In this document: piece after piece, positions 37,542 through 48,147 of the stretch
Numbering within the stretch: position 1 is the stretch's first letter
Layout of the letters: each line of letters starts with the position of its first letter
Origin: a virus
Lineage: Duplodnaviria; Caudoviricetes
Direction: 5' to 3' (one strand)
Length of the DNA stretch: 52,683 bases
IMG/VR virus record: IMGVR_UViG_3300033153_001326
Location: 1 to 52,683 of that record
Made by a program: the position numbers and the translations under genes
The notes under the pieces: model-generated
What the model saw: only the letters and a program-made list of their open reading frames with translations
Told to the model about the DNA's origin: nothing
The model's database searches: none

Positions 37542-37556
37542 GGTATAATTTAAAAC

Positions 37557-38177
37557 ATGAATAAACTCTATGAATTTATGTCGTTTGATGAAGCTGGTCT
37601 AGTACTAGAATCATCAGAGAATGGGAAGGACCTTTATATGAAGGGAATTTTCATTCAAGGCGACGTAAAGAATCAGAACCAGCGAGTCTACCCAATACAG
37701 GAAATTAATAAGGCTGTTATCCAAATTAATGAACGTATACAAGGCGGGGAGACTGTGCTTGGTGAGTTAGATCATCCAGAGGAGCTATCTATTAATCTTG
37801 ATCGTGTTAGTCACATCATTGAAGAAATGGGTATGCAAGGCAAAGATGGTCATGGCAAACTTAAAATTATTCCAACACCAACAGGCAATATCGTAAAGAC
37901 ATTGCTGGAAAGCGGCGCAAAACTTGGCGTAAGCTCTCGCGGTTCTGGTAACGTAGGTAATGATGGAGGTGTGAGCGATTTCGAAATAGTAACAGTAGAC
38001 ATCGTAGCACAACCATCAGCACCAAACGCTTATCCACGTACCATTTACGAAAGCTTATTTAATATGCGCGGTGGATCAGCAATGTACGATCTTGCAGCAG
38101 ACGCAACACATGATAAAATAGCACAACGGTATCTTTCACAGGATATCGCCAAGTTTATTAAAGACCTAAAGATATAA
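37557..38177 (+). CDS. gp21: Prohead protease
   Basis: GIFIQGD.KNQNQRVYP, GELDHP, LGVSSRGSG, DIVAQPSAP. Confidence 0.95.
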   Translation: MNKLYEFMSFDEAGLVLESSENGKDLYMKGIFIQGDVKNQNQRVYPIQEINKAVIQINERIQGGETVLGELDHPEELSINLDRVSHIIEEMGMQGKDGHGKLKIIPTPTGNIVKTLLESGAKLGVSSRGSGNVGNDGGVSDFEIVTVDIVAQPSAPNAYPRTIYESLFNMRGGSAMYDLAADATHDKIAQRYLSQDIAKFIKDLKI

Positions 38178-38189
38178 GGAGAACGACAC

Positions 38190-39305
38190 ATGACAAAGTT
38201 CGCAGATATCCTAGCCGAGAACACTTCTCTTTCAGAAGAGGGGCGTACTCAAGTTCAGGAAGCATGGGATGCCAAGCTACTTGAAGCAAGGGAAGAGCTA
38301 ACTTCTGAACTCCGCGAAGAGTTTGCCCAAAAGTTCGAGCATGATAAATCTATTATGATCGAGTCAATGGACAAGTTCCTCAACGATAAAGTTCAGACTG
38401 AAATTGCTGAGTTCGCCGAAGATAAGAAAGCACTAGCAGAAGATAGAGTTACGTACAAAGCGAAAGTTGCAGAACACGTTAAAGTACTTGAGCAGTTCAT
38501 CACACAAACACTTGTAAAAGAAGTTAAAGAACTGCATGAGGAACGTTCAACAGCTAAAACTAACGTACATAAGCTTGAGGATTTCGTACTGAAGCAGCTT
38601 GCTGAAGAAGTTAAAGATTTCCACCAAGATAAAGTAGCACTAGCAGAGCAACGTGTTAAAATCGTTCGCGAAGGTAAGCAAGAGTTGGTTAAGACCAAAC
38701 GTGATTTCGTTACTAAGGCTGCGTCTACAATTGAGCAGTCAATTACTGAATCGCTAAAGAATGAAATTGGTTCTTTCCGTGCAGATATTAAGAAGGCACG
38801 TGAGAACGACTTTGGCCGTCGTATTTTCGAGTCATTCGTAAGTGAATACATGACATCACACTTGAACGAGAGTGGTGAAGTGCGTAAACTTCAAGATGCA
38901 GTAGCATCTCTAAACGAGTCACTAGAAGCTACACAGGTTAAAGCAGCAGAACAAAAGCAACTAACTGAGTCAGTAGAACTGAAACTTAACGCAGCTAATG
39001 ATCGTATTAGTCGTGAAAATAAGATGAATGAGCTACTCTCACCATTGGGCAAGAAGGAACGAGCTATAATGGAAGAATTGCTACAGACAGTCAAAACAGA
39101 CAAGTTGAACGAAGGATTTAAGAAGTATATTGGATCAGTCCTTAACGAGGATACACAGACAGTCAGCACGAAACGCAGTACACTGAAGGAATCAGTAAGA
39201 ACTGCAAAAACTGGTAACAAGAGGGCCTCAGTTGCCCAACAACAAGAGGATAAAGATTCCCTCGCAGAAATTCAGCAGCTACAAAAAGCGGCTGGAATCA
39301 TTTAA
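38190..39305 (+). CDS. gp22: Prohead core scaffold protein
   Basis: Long coiled coil between gp21 and gp23. Confidence 0.85.
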   Translation: MTKFADILAENTSLSEEGRTQVQEAWDAKLLEAREELTSELREEFAQKFEHDKSIMIESMDKFLNDKVQTEIAEFAEDKKALAEDRVTYKAKVAEHVKVLEQFITQTLVKEVKELHEERSTAKTNVHKLEDFVLKQLAEEVKDFHQDKVALAEQRVKIVREGKQELVKTKRDFVTKAASTIEQSITESLKNEIGSFRADIKKARENDFGRRIFESFVSEYMTSHLNESGEVRKLQDAVASLNESLEATQVKAAEQKQLTESVELKLNAANDRISRENKMNELLSPLGKKERAIMEELLQTVKTDKLNEGFKKYIGSVLNEDTQTVSTKRSTLKESVRTAKTGNKRASVAQQQEDKDSLAEIQQLQKAAGII

Positions 39306-39329
39306 CTATAATAAGTAAGGAGAAAGATA

Positions 39330-40499
39330 ATGGCCGATAAGCTATTTGAAAGCAAGTGGGCAGCGACTAAAGAGGCACTTCTAGAAGGACTTTCTGGATC
39401 CCGTCGTGATTCACTAGGCGTGGTACTTGAAAATACACGCAAACAGCAACTATCTGAGTCTGCAACAGCAGGCGCAACAGGTGCTGGTAACATCGCTACG
39501 CTAAACAAGGTAATGCTACCTTTGATCCGTCGTGTAATGCCAACAGTTATTGCTAACGAAATCCTGGGCGTACAGCCAATGACAGGACCAGTTGGACAGA
39601 TTCACACTCTACGTGTTCGCTATGCAGACACAGCAAGTGGTATCTCAGCAGGAACTGAAGCACTAGGTCCTTTCGATCTAGCGCGTGGCTACGCTGGTGA
39701 CGAAGTAACGCCTAATGGCGCAGCAGCAGGCACAGCAGCACTTGAAGGCGCTGCAGGTAACCGCCTAAGCATCCAAATCTTGAAAGAAACAGTAGAAGCT
39801 CGCACACGTAAGCTATCTGCTCGTTGGACTTTCGAGGCAGCACAGGATGCACAGTCAGTTCATGGAATTGATATTGAAGCAGAAATCATGCAAGCACTAG
39901 CCCAAGAGATTACTGTTGAAATTGACCAAGAGTTGATTAACAACCTTCGCGCTCTAACAGGCGCAGCACCAGTAACGTTTGACCAGGCTACTGTTTCAGG
40001 TACAGCTACATACGTTGGTGATGAGCATGCGGCACTAGCTGTTCTTATCAACCAGCAAGCTAACCTTGTTGCAGCACGTACTCGTCGTGGCGCAGCTAAC
40101 TGGGCGGTTGTATCTCCACAGGCTCTAACGATCCTACAGAGTGCAACAACGTCTTCGTTCGCACGTACTACAGAAGGTACATTCGAAGCTCCAACAAACA
40201 CCAAGTTTGTAGGTACTTTGAACAACAGCATGAAGGTCTATTCTGACCAGTATGCTAACGATGGTACAGCAGTACTAATTGGCTACAAAGGCCCAACAGA
40301 GACAGATGCAGCGGCGTTCTATTGCCCTTACATTCCTTTGATGAGTACAGGACCAGTAATGGATCCTACAACTTTCGAGCCAGTAGTAAGCTTTATGACA
40401 CGTTACGGCTACCAAGAGCTATCTAACACAGCTAACTCTTTGGGTAACGCGGCAGACTACCTATCGTCCGTTGGTGTATCAAACGTACAATTCTTCTAA
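39330..40499 (+). CDS. gp23: Major capsid protein
   Basis: LIRRVMP...GVQPMTGPVGQI, RKLSARWTFEAAQD, EITVEIDQE, FYCPYIPL, FMTRYG. Confidence 0.97.
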   Translation: MADKLFESKWAATKEALLEGLSGSRRDSLGVVLENTRKQQLSESATAGATGAGNIATLNKVMLPLIRRVMPTVIANEILGVQPMTGPVGQIHTLRVRYADTASGISAGTEALGPFDLARGYAGDEVTPNGAAAGTAALEGAAGNRLSIQILKETVEARTRKLSARWTFEAAQDAQSVHGIDIEAEIMQALAQEITVEIDQELINNLRALTGAAPVTFDQATVSGTATYVGDEHAALAVLINQQANLVAARTRRGAANWAVVSPQALTILQSATTSSFARTTEGTFEAPTNTKFVGTLNNSMKVYSDQYANDGTAVLIGYKGPTETDAAAFYCPYIPLMSTGPVMDPTTFEPVVSFMTRYGYQELSNTANSLGNAADYLSSVGVSNVQFF

Positions 40500-40521
40500 G
40501 TCGAAGATTAAAAGGCAAAAG

Positions 40522-40552
40522 AAGAAAGGGACGCTTGCGTCCCTTTCTTTAT
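40522..40552 (+). terminator. Intrinsic terminator after gp23
   Basis: AAGAAAGGGACGC-TT-GCGTCCCTTTCTTT. Confidence 0.88.
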
Positions 40553-40579
40553 GCCTGTAATAAAAATATATGATTTCTT

Positions 40580-40587
40580 GATAAATA
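40580..40587 (+). promoter_or_regulatory. Late promoter
   Basis: GATAAATA after the terminator. Confidence 0.7.
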
Positions 40588-40611
40588 CATGCATAACAAC
40601 GTAGGTATATT

Positions 40612-40848
40612 ATGACTAATCAAGAAAAATTAGATATGTTCCAGAGCAAGGTAACTGCATTCCTCAATGGTGGCAGAACAAATAACAGGATAGTTTGGCA
40701 ACGTTCGGGTATAACACGAACATACATGATACTCTCTGATGAACTAACGGGAGCAGACCTCACTAGCTTGCATAGTATAGCATTAGCAGCAGTACCACAG
40801 CTAAATGCTGGATTTGCTGCTAGACTTACTGCGATAAACGAGAGATAA
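40612..40848 (+). CDS. Hypothetical late protein
   Basis: AGGT RBS; first gene after the late promoter. Confidence 0.72.
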   Translation: MTNQEKLDMFQSKVTAFLNGGRTNNRIVWQRSGITRTYMILSDELTGADLTSLHSIALAAVPQLNAGFAARLTAINER

Positions 40849-40851
40849 TAA

Positions 40852-43226
40852 ATGTCTAAATTAATAACAGTCCAAGACGGCAATCTTGTATTAACAGCAG
40901 CAGGAACGGATGTCATTGGCGACAACGCCAATGTTGCTAGTTTCCAAGATGAGTTTATAACAACTGATAATGACAATATAACATTTCTTGATACAGGCAA
41001 TGGTGGATTTTACGACACGATAACTAGTGACGATACGGGTGTTTTCTTTGGAACTGCTGGCTTTAGGCCAGGCATGGTGATAACAGTCTCAGGATCTACA
41101 TTCAATGATGGAACATATACTATTGGTGAAGCAGGAGTTACAGACACAGTAATTACTATTCTCGGTGGCTTTACTAATGAAGGCCCAATTAGTACTGCAA
41201 CAGTAACATTGCTTGGTATTGATAAAGCAGAAGAATTAACAACAGGATCATTTCTAAATATTCACAGCACGGACGGCCTAGAAGAATTCTCATTAAGTGT
41301 GTCAAATGAAGGCTGGATGGAAATACGTGAGCAGGCCGCGGCTGGCTCTGGCTTGTACGTATACGGCAACGGACACTTAGGCGTATTTGATTATACAGAA
41401 GGTACTGCTGATCCGACCCTAGTTCCCGTAGATGCTACTGATACAGCATATGCTACAGTTGGCGGCTGGAACGATGGTCAATGGCAACTATGGGAAGTAG
41501 GTACGTTCAGTGTAGCTGATATGGATTTGACAATCCACAACTATGTACCTGATGCTGCTATTACTATGTGGGTCGATGATATAACAGATACCAACTATCG
41601 TCGTGTGTTCGAAGGTGACTATGCTACAGGCGCAAATTTATTCTGGCCTGCTACAAATGCAATTGCACTGTCTACGGATGTTGCAGGCATATACTCTCCG
41701 CTTGGTTCTGTATACTTAGCAGAGAAAACAACTCCAGGCGGCGACACAGCAACACGCGGCCAGCTTTGGGTTCGTAATGATAACCCACAAACACTAATGT
41801 TTACTGATGGTGATAGCACAGACTTTACTGTTGCTGGCGCATTATCAGGTGCGGTCAGTGCAACAGGAACTCCACTCAATAATGAAATAGCAGTATTTGT
41901 AGACGGCACAACAATTGACAGTGATTCTACGTTTACATGGGATGGTCTTTGGGTACGTGAAGATTCGCCTAATACGATGATGTACACTGATGACGACGGT
42001 CAACATTTTACCGTTCAAAACATTCACGAAATTGAGTATTACTATCTTAATGACATTACTTCAACTGACCCAGGCGCTGGCAGAATTAAATTCGACAGTC
42101 TTACACCTGCTTCAATTACTACAATGTATATTAGTGACTCTGACAATACTGGCAGAGAGAACAGTTACCTAGTAGCAAACTTAGCTATTAATGATGTATT
42201 ATCAATCCGTTGCTCACAGGACGAGGCAGACTATATTGTAGCAAGAGTAACGTCTGTAACTGATAGCACAGGATTCTGGACAATTGGATTAGCGATAATC
42301 CATTCAGGAACAATACCTTCAGTTAATAATCAAGTACGCATACTTGTTGAATGGCAGTCAGTCAGAAGCTATAGCACAAGCAGATGCAGCGTCTATTGGC
42401 GGTTCTATTACTGATAATCAAATTGCTGTTGGCGCCGCCGCAGCAAACGATATTGAAGGCGATGCTAACCTTACATGGGATGGAACTAATCTAGCACTTA
42501 CTGGCACTACTCATATTGTCTTGCCGCTTACAGACGATTCAGCAACTCCAACACTAGCATTTGGTGATGCTGACACAGGATTTTACGAGCTTGCCGCTTA
42601 CAGACGATTCAGCAACTCCAACACTAGCATTTGGTGATGCTGACACAGGATTTTACGAGTCAATAGACGATACACTAAAAGTAGCAGTTGCTACTACAGA
42701 TCGTTTTTATTGGGTAAGCGATCAATATAGAGCAGAAACAACAGGTGGTGCTTCAATGCTCAACGAAGTAACAAGTGCCACTAACCCTACACTAATACCT
42801 GACAACGCGAATTTGAGTACAGGCATCGGCTCACCAGCAGCAGATGTGCTTTCATTTACAACTAACGGAGTAGAAGCTAAGAGACTTGTCGCAGCAACAC
42901 TTCAAACAACAACAGCAGCACAGGAAGAAATCATTAGTGTTGCAGTAGCGTCTGGCACAGCGGCTGGCTTTAGAATAAACATTGTCGGCACGCATGATAG
43001 CACACAAGATACAGTGTTTGAAAGCATCTTCGGTGCTGTTCGCAACCCATCAGGCACAGCAGCACTAGTAGGCAGCAATATTGTTGATAGAACAGACGAT
43101 GCAGGTGCAAGTGGCTGGGTAGTTACTGTAGGTGTAGCCACAGGCAACTTAACAGTTGATGTAACTGGCGAAGCAGCACATAATATTGATTGGAAAGTAA
43201 GCGTAGAGCTACTAAACACGGAGTAA
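40852..43226 (+). CDS. Tail-fibre-like virion protein, split into three ORFs by 4-nt and 70-nt duplications
   Basis: T/G/D-rich modules shared with 43230..46088; removing both duplications gives one 766-aa ORF. Confidence 0.75.
42520..42659 (+). repeat. Exact 70-nt tandem duplication
   Basis: CTTGCCGCTTACAG...TTTTACGAG at 42520-42589 and 42590-42659. Confidence 0.97.
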
Positions 43227-43229
43227 GAA

Positions 43230-46088
43230 ATGGGAATAAGATTTAACGCTAGAACAAGTGCTATCGAAACAGATGCAGCATCAATTGGCTTTACGCAGCC
43301 AGTATCGACACCTGCGTCTACAACATCTCTCGCAGGAATAAACATTGCAGAAGCCGTTGCAGCACCATCAGCACCAGTTGACGGCGATGTTTGGGTTACG
43401 GCTGCTGGTGCGTTTAACGCTCGCTTAAATGGCTCAACTGTTGATCTATCTGTAACAGGCGGTTCAGGAACAGTAACATCATCTGGTTCGCCACTTGTTA
43501 ACGAAGTTGCAGTATTTACAACAGCAACAGATATTGATAGTGACGCTACATTTAGTTGGGATGGCAGTACACTAACAGCAGGCGATATTGTAGCCACTAG
43601 TGCTGCGGCAAGTGTATATGTTAGAGAAACAGGTGCTACAGCAGAGGAAGGCAATTGGATCATGCGTGCAGACGGCGATGACTTTACTATTAGTACAGCA
43701 TCAGATGCCGCACCAACTGTGCCAGTTCAATCTCCAATTACAATGACTAGATCAGGCACAACGTCATCACTATTACAATTTCGTGTTGGCAGTAACCTAA
43801 CATACAGCGCAGCAAACATAGGAGCTACATTCTATTATAGTGGTTCGCCCATTGCTAATACAGCAAGCGGCACAGCAGGCGGCTGGGCAATCGACAATGA
43901 CTTATCATCTGGCACAGCAGGAACAGAACGAGTATTAACAATTGCTGACTTAGAAGCTGGTCAACCAAAATTACGTTACAACTTTAGTGCAACTATAACA
44001 TCAGGTGACCCAGGCGCTGGAACTATACGCTATAATAATGCAACAATGGCATCTGTTACTAGCTTATTTATAAATGACACATCTGATAATAGTTTAGATG
44101 GCGGTCGTGTTCTTGACAATCTTGCTGATGGCGATATAATTACTTTGGGTGCGGAAGTAGACCCTGACGAATACTTAGTTGTATCAGTTAACGGCGCGCC
44201 AACTGACAATGTTGGCTGGTGGACAGTTCCTGTTACTGTTATTCATAGTGGCCTACTTCCATCAGGCATACTAAACATTGACGTACAGTGGTTCTCGCAA
44301 GGCGGCGGTGGAAGCGGCACGGTAACGTCTATAGGAATCACGGCAGGCACACTGGTTGATGTAAGTGGTAGTCCAGTGACTACATCTGGCAACATAACAG
44401 TTAACGTTGATCTAAGTGAAGCGACGGGTGCTGTCTACGCGCCAGGAACAGATTATTTGCTGTTCTTGGACGGTGGTGTTACTGGTACGGCTGCGAAAGA
44501 ATCGGGCATTGATTTTGCGGCAGCAATAGCTGGCACTGGCTTAACAGCAACATCAGGTGTATTGGCAGCAGATAACAACGGTACAGTCACCGCTGTCAAT
44601 AACGGCAGCGGCATGGACTTCACTAACTTCACCACTTCAGGCACAGTTACAATGGGTACGCCTGGATCGTTAACTGCATCAACGACAAATGGTATTTCAG
44701 CTTCTAGTCACACTCACTCTATTACTGGATTTGCTGAGATTGGTGCAGGCCCAGTAGACAATCGAATTGCAATATGGACAGGCACTACTGATATTGAAGG
44801 TGATGCTAACTTTACTTTTGATGGCACAAACCTTACAGTTGGTACTTCAGCATCAGCAATACAACGTTCTATAGAGATACTAGAAAATTCAGGTGGTATC
44901 GGTTTGACAGTTGATACGGCTGGTTCTGGTGGTATCAATCAGCTAACGGCTGCTGGTGCTATTGAAGACTCTTGGATTTCTATGACTCGTAATGCGGGCG
45001 TAGCTCTAAAATACAATAACATTAGTCATATATGGACTATGTCCGATGGTGTACAAATAACTGGCACAATCAACATGTCGGAACAAGCTGATAGCGGTTC
45101 ATCAATAGCAACTCTCGGCCAGTTTTGGATACATGATACTGCGCCAAATACACCGATGTTCACAGATGATACAGGTAACGATTTAAGTTTATCATCATCT
45201 TTGTATGATAGTGCTGCAACTCTCAGATTAGCAGCAAACACTACAGGTGTTGCAACACTATACAGTAATGCAAGTACTGATACAGAAATTCGCAACCTTA
45301 GCTTCGCACATCAAAATGGTACACAACGCGCAGCAATAGGATATACAGCAGCAGGCGCAACATTTTATATCAGAAGTGAGATACACGGAGCACCACTTAC
45401 TATTACTGCTGAAGATGCTGGCGGCACGCCTCGCCCAGGTTTTAGTTTCGATCCAGATGCCGACACAGATGTTACAGGTGATGTTAATATAACACTCTGG
45501 AACGCAGCAGGCGTAGATAGAGTAGTCGAAGGGCTTGCAAATGCCGCCACAACAGTTTATTACAACGGCGCTGCAAAAATCGCAACAACTACTACAGGTG
45601 TACAGGTAACATCGTCACTATTCTTAACTGAACAAGCATCATCAGCAGCAGATGTAGGTGGTGACGGCCAGGTTTGGGTTGAAAACAAAGCACCAAATAG
45701 ACTCATGTTCACAAATGATGCTGGCAACGATTATGTAGTTGCCATAGCAGGTGGTACTTCTGCTGGAAACGTCAACGTCAACGGCAGCTTCAACTTCAAT
45801 ACGGCCAATAACTTCGCAGACAACTACATTGGGCATCACTTCGATGGGGGCGCTGACACGATCACGCTTGAGGACAGCACCAGTACAACTAACTGGCCGC
45901 TCTACTCCACGATTACTATGATATGTCCTGGTAGTGGTGTAATAACGGTTACTGAAGGATCTGGCACAACACTCTATGACGATACTGGTACTGACACAGT
46001 TGGTGGCGTAACAGTTTCACAGGGTGTAGTATCTATCACACGACAATCAACTACAAACTATATCATTTGGGGTAGTGGAATAACATAA
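43230..46088 (+). CDS. Tail-fibre-like virion protein
   Basis: 952 aa, S/T/G/A-rich; GTVTS and SHTH motifs; repeated modules. Confidence 0.8.
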   Translation: MGIRFNARTSAIETDAASIGFTQPVSTPASTTSLAGINIAEAVAAPSAPVDGDVWVTAAGAFNARLNGSTVDLSVTGGSGTVTSSGSPLVNEVAVFTTATDIDSDATFSWDGSTLTAGDIVATSAAASVYVRETGATAEEGNWIMRADGDDFTISTASDAAPTVPVQSPITMTRSGTTSSLLQFRVGSNLTYSAANIGATFYYSGSPIANTASGTAGGWAIDNDLSSGTAGTERVLTIADLEAGQPKLRYNFSATITSGDPGAGTIRYNNATMASVTSLFINDTSDNSLDGGRVLDNLADGDIITLGAEVDPDEYLVVSVNGAPTDNVGWWTVPVTVIHSGLLPSGILNIDVQWFSQGGGGSGTVTSIGITAGTLVDVSGSPVTTSGNITVNVDLSEATGAVYAPGTDYLLFLDGGVTGTAAKESGIDFAAAIAGTGLTATSGVLAADNNGTVTAVNNGSGMDFTNFTTSGTVTMGTPGSLTASTTNGISASSHTHSITGFAEIGAGPVDNRIAIWTGTTDIEGDANFTFDGTNLTVGTSASAIQRSIEILENSGGIGLTVDTAGSGGINQLTAAGAIEDSWISMTRNAGVALKYNNISHIWTMSDGVQITGTINMSEQADSGSSIATLGQFWIHDTAPNTPMFTDDTGNDLSLSSSLYDSAATLRLAANTTGVATLYSNASTDTEIRNLSFAHQNGTQRAAIGYTAAGATFYIRSEIHGAPLTITAEDAGGTPRPGFSFDPDADTDVTGDVNITLWNAAGVDRVVEGLANAATTVYYNGAAKIATTTTGVQVTSSLFLTEQASSAADVGGDGQVWVENKAPNRLMFTNDAGNDYVVAIAGGTSAGNVNVNGSFNFNTANNFADNYIGHHFDGGADTITLEDSTSTTNWPLYSTITMICPGSGVITVTEGSGTTLYDDTGTDTVGGVTVSQGVVSITRQSTTNYIIWGSGIT

Positions 46089-46771
46089 TGGCTAGTAAAA
46101 TAATAGTTTCAGATATAGATCCTAATAACTTGTTTGCTATGTTTTTGTATCCGTTCGCGTATAGTAAACGCCTTAAAGAGACTCGATTTAAACAGAATTG
46201 GAACTTATCTCATTTTGAATATTGTTGTCTAATGATGAATTGGAATGGCGAAGGTGATCCAAAGCAATGGATAATACAGCACATGAAACACTTTGTCGGG
46301 CCAAAATATCAACGTGGAAACTTTTCGGTGTTTCCAGCGGGTACAGTGATGCTAGCCGCACCTACTGGTGGCAACGTAGTATTAACAAACCATACATTCG
46401 CATCTACTGATACCAGCAACCTAGTAACTAGCCGCGCTGTTTTTCAAAGTGACGGCACACTAGTACATCGAGATGACGGAGTTGATGCTGACGTACAAGC
46501 AGGCGAATGGGCTGATAACGAACCATCGACAATAGGTGCTAACTTTGAAGTACGCTATACATCCGTTAGCAAAACAGGAACTGCATATAACAACCCAGCC
46601 GAAGCTGCTGATATTTGGATCACAATTGACGCTGAAAGAACTTGGGGTCATAGAATTGTTGCAAAAAGTTCACCTGCCTCCCATTCATCATCAGCTATAT
46701 TTGAACTCGGTGCCGATGGCGCAGAAAGTGCAGATGACAGCGCGACTTTAACAATTTCAGCAGACAACTAG
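46088..46771 (+). CDS. Hypothetical protein (tail-fibre associated)
   Basis: TAATG-coupled; beta-rich C-terminal domain. Confidence 0.7.
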   Translation: MASKIIVSDIDPNNLFAMFLYPFAYSKRLKETRFKQNWNLSHFEYCCLMMNWNGEGDPKQWIIQHMKHFVGPKYQRGNFSVFPAGTVMLAAPTGGNVVLTNHTFASTDTSNLVTSRAVFQSDGTLVHRDDGVDADVQAGEWADNEPSTIGANFEVRYTSVSKTGTAYNNPAEAADIWITIDAERTWGHRIVAKSSPASHSSSAIFELGADGAESADDSATLTISADN

Positions 46772-46782
46772 GAATAAAAAAA

Positions 46783-47475
46783 ATGATTACACTACCACCA
46801 TACATACTTGAACGCGATGCTTACCATTTAACACCAGTCATTGATCGTTGGATTTTTAACAAACTTCAAGTAGCAGAACGCATGGGTTACGAATGTGGTC
46901 CTGCTGGAACTTGGTTTACTCCACAAGATGTTATTGTACGACCAATAATGAATTTAGCTGGTATGGGTACAGGCGGCGTTTATCCACGCACACTACCAGT
47001 TGGAGGCCCAGACGCAGATCGGGAAGGCAGTTTCATTGCTGGTAAGCATCATCCTGGTCATTGTTGGGTAGAAAAGTTTACAGGCGCATGGGAGTTCGCT
47101 ACTTATATTAATGATGTTGCTATCGGTGGGTGTTCAGGCGCACCAGATCAAAGTCAAGACGGCAATCCAAATCACTTTATCTTTACTGAACTTGATCCAG
47201 GTTTGTTGCCTGCGTTACCTGTAGAGTTTCACGGCCTCTCTCGTTACATGATGGCTGAATTTCGTGGTGGTAATGTCCTCGAAGTTGCTCCACGTTCATA
47301 CGTAATGAACATGCGACAATATGTAATAGATGATTACTTAACAATTGATCCTAGTTATACAGTAAAAGCAGGACAACTAGGCTTAACTGATATGTTGAAA
47401 GTATATATTGGTAACGGCGGCTATCGTTGGTCTAGCATGGAAGAAACGCGCCGACCATTTGTTAATAATCCATAA
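46783..47475 (+). CDS. Phage ATP-grasp-like protein
   Basis: WIFNKL...GYECGPAG, IVRPIMNLAGMG, WVEKFTG and AEFRGGNVLEVAPR resemble ATP-grasp motifs. Confidence 0.6.
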   Translation: MITLPPYILERDAYHLTPVIDRWIFNKLQVAERMGYECGPAGTWFTPQDVIVRPIMNLAGMGTGGVYPRTLPVGGPDADREGSFIAGKHHPGHCWVEKFTGAWEFATYINDVAIGGCSGAPDQSQDGNPNHFIFTELDPGLLPALPVEFHGLSRYMMAEFRGGNVLEVAPRSYVMNMRQYVIDDYLTIDPSYTVKAGQLGLTDMLKVYIGNGGYRWSSMEETRRPFVNNP

Positions 47476-47510
47476 ATAAACGTATACACACGATAACAAA
47501 GGAAAATACT

Positions 47511-47705
47511 ATGACATACACAAAAGAAGAACAAGTTGTTTGGGACGATTTCTTCTGCACACTAGTTGGATGGACAATGCATCCTGGCTACTACAGAGAG
47601 AATGCGTTTCCAACTAAACCATCTCACGAAGAATGCGCAGAGATGGCGACTAACATGATGGAAGTCAGGCGAAAACAAATGGAATCTAGTGCTGTCCAAC
47701 TATAA
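47511..47705 (+). CDS. Small hypothetical protein
   Basis: AAGGA RBS; CATAAATA at 47471-47478 upstream. Confidence 0.7.
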   Translation: MTYTKEEQVVWDDFFCTLVGWTMHPGYYRENAFPTKPSHEECAEMATNMMEVRRKQMESSAVQL

Positions 47706-48120
47706 TCTCTAATAGTGCTGTAGCTTTCTTACTGCATAAGCTATTACGTGCGCCAATGTGCATTGGCTTAGGCCAAACTCCAAAATCAAACCAACCATAG
47801 CCTAATGATTCATTATTGATGATTGGTTGGAACTCATCTTCAACAATACAGATGAACGTGTAGTAACGAAAGTTCTTGTCTCTAGATTCGTATATATCGA
47901 ATGGATAGATTTTACTAATTTCTGGAAACATACCCATTTCTTCTGTACACTCTCTTACGAAAGTATCGCTGGGAGTCTCACCATCCTTAGCCATGCCACC
48001 AAACAGTGACCATTCACTTCGGTGTGTTGATTTATATGAAGCTCGCATCTGTAGTAAGACACGGTTGGTGGAGGATGTTATGAATAAAGCTCCTGCAGCA
48101 ATTTTCTGTTCGTCAGTCAT
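47686..48120 (-). CDS. NUDIX hydrolase
   Basis: Nudix box GGMAKDGETPSDTFVRECTEEMG. Confidence 0.9.
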   Translation of the reverse strand: MTDEQKIAAGALFITSSTNRVLLQMRASYKSTHRSEWSLFGGMAKDGETPSDTFVRECTEEMGMFPEISKIYPFDIYESRDKNFRYYTFICIVEDEFQPIINNESLGYGWFDFGVWPKPMHIGARNSLCSKKATALLEIIVGQH

Positions 48121-48125
48121 ACACG

Positions 48126-48146
48126 TATTTATCTACGTAGTTAACT
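48126..48146 (-). promoter_or_regulatory. Late promoter for the NUDIX gene
   Basis: AGTTAA, 7 nt, GATAAATA, ending 5 nt before the ATG. Confidence 0.65.
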
Positions 48147-48147
48147 C

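Noticed and set aside
42520-42659. DGR template/variable repeat pair or CRISPR repeat
   Set aside because: The copies are identical and directly adjacent, with no adenine-specific differences or spacers, and there is no reverse transcriptase or cas gene in the window.
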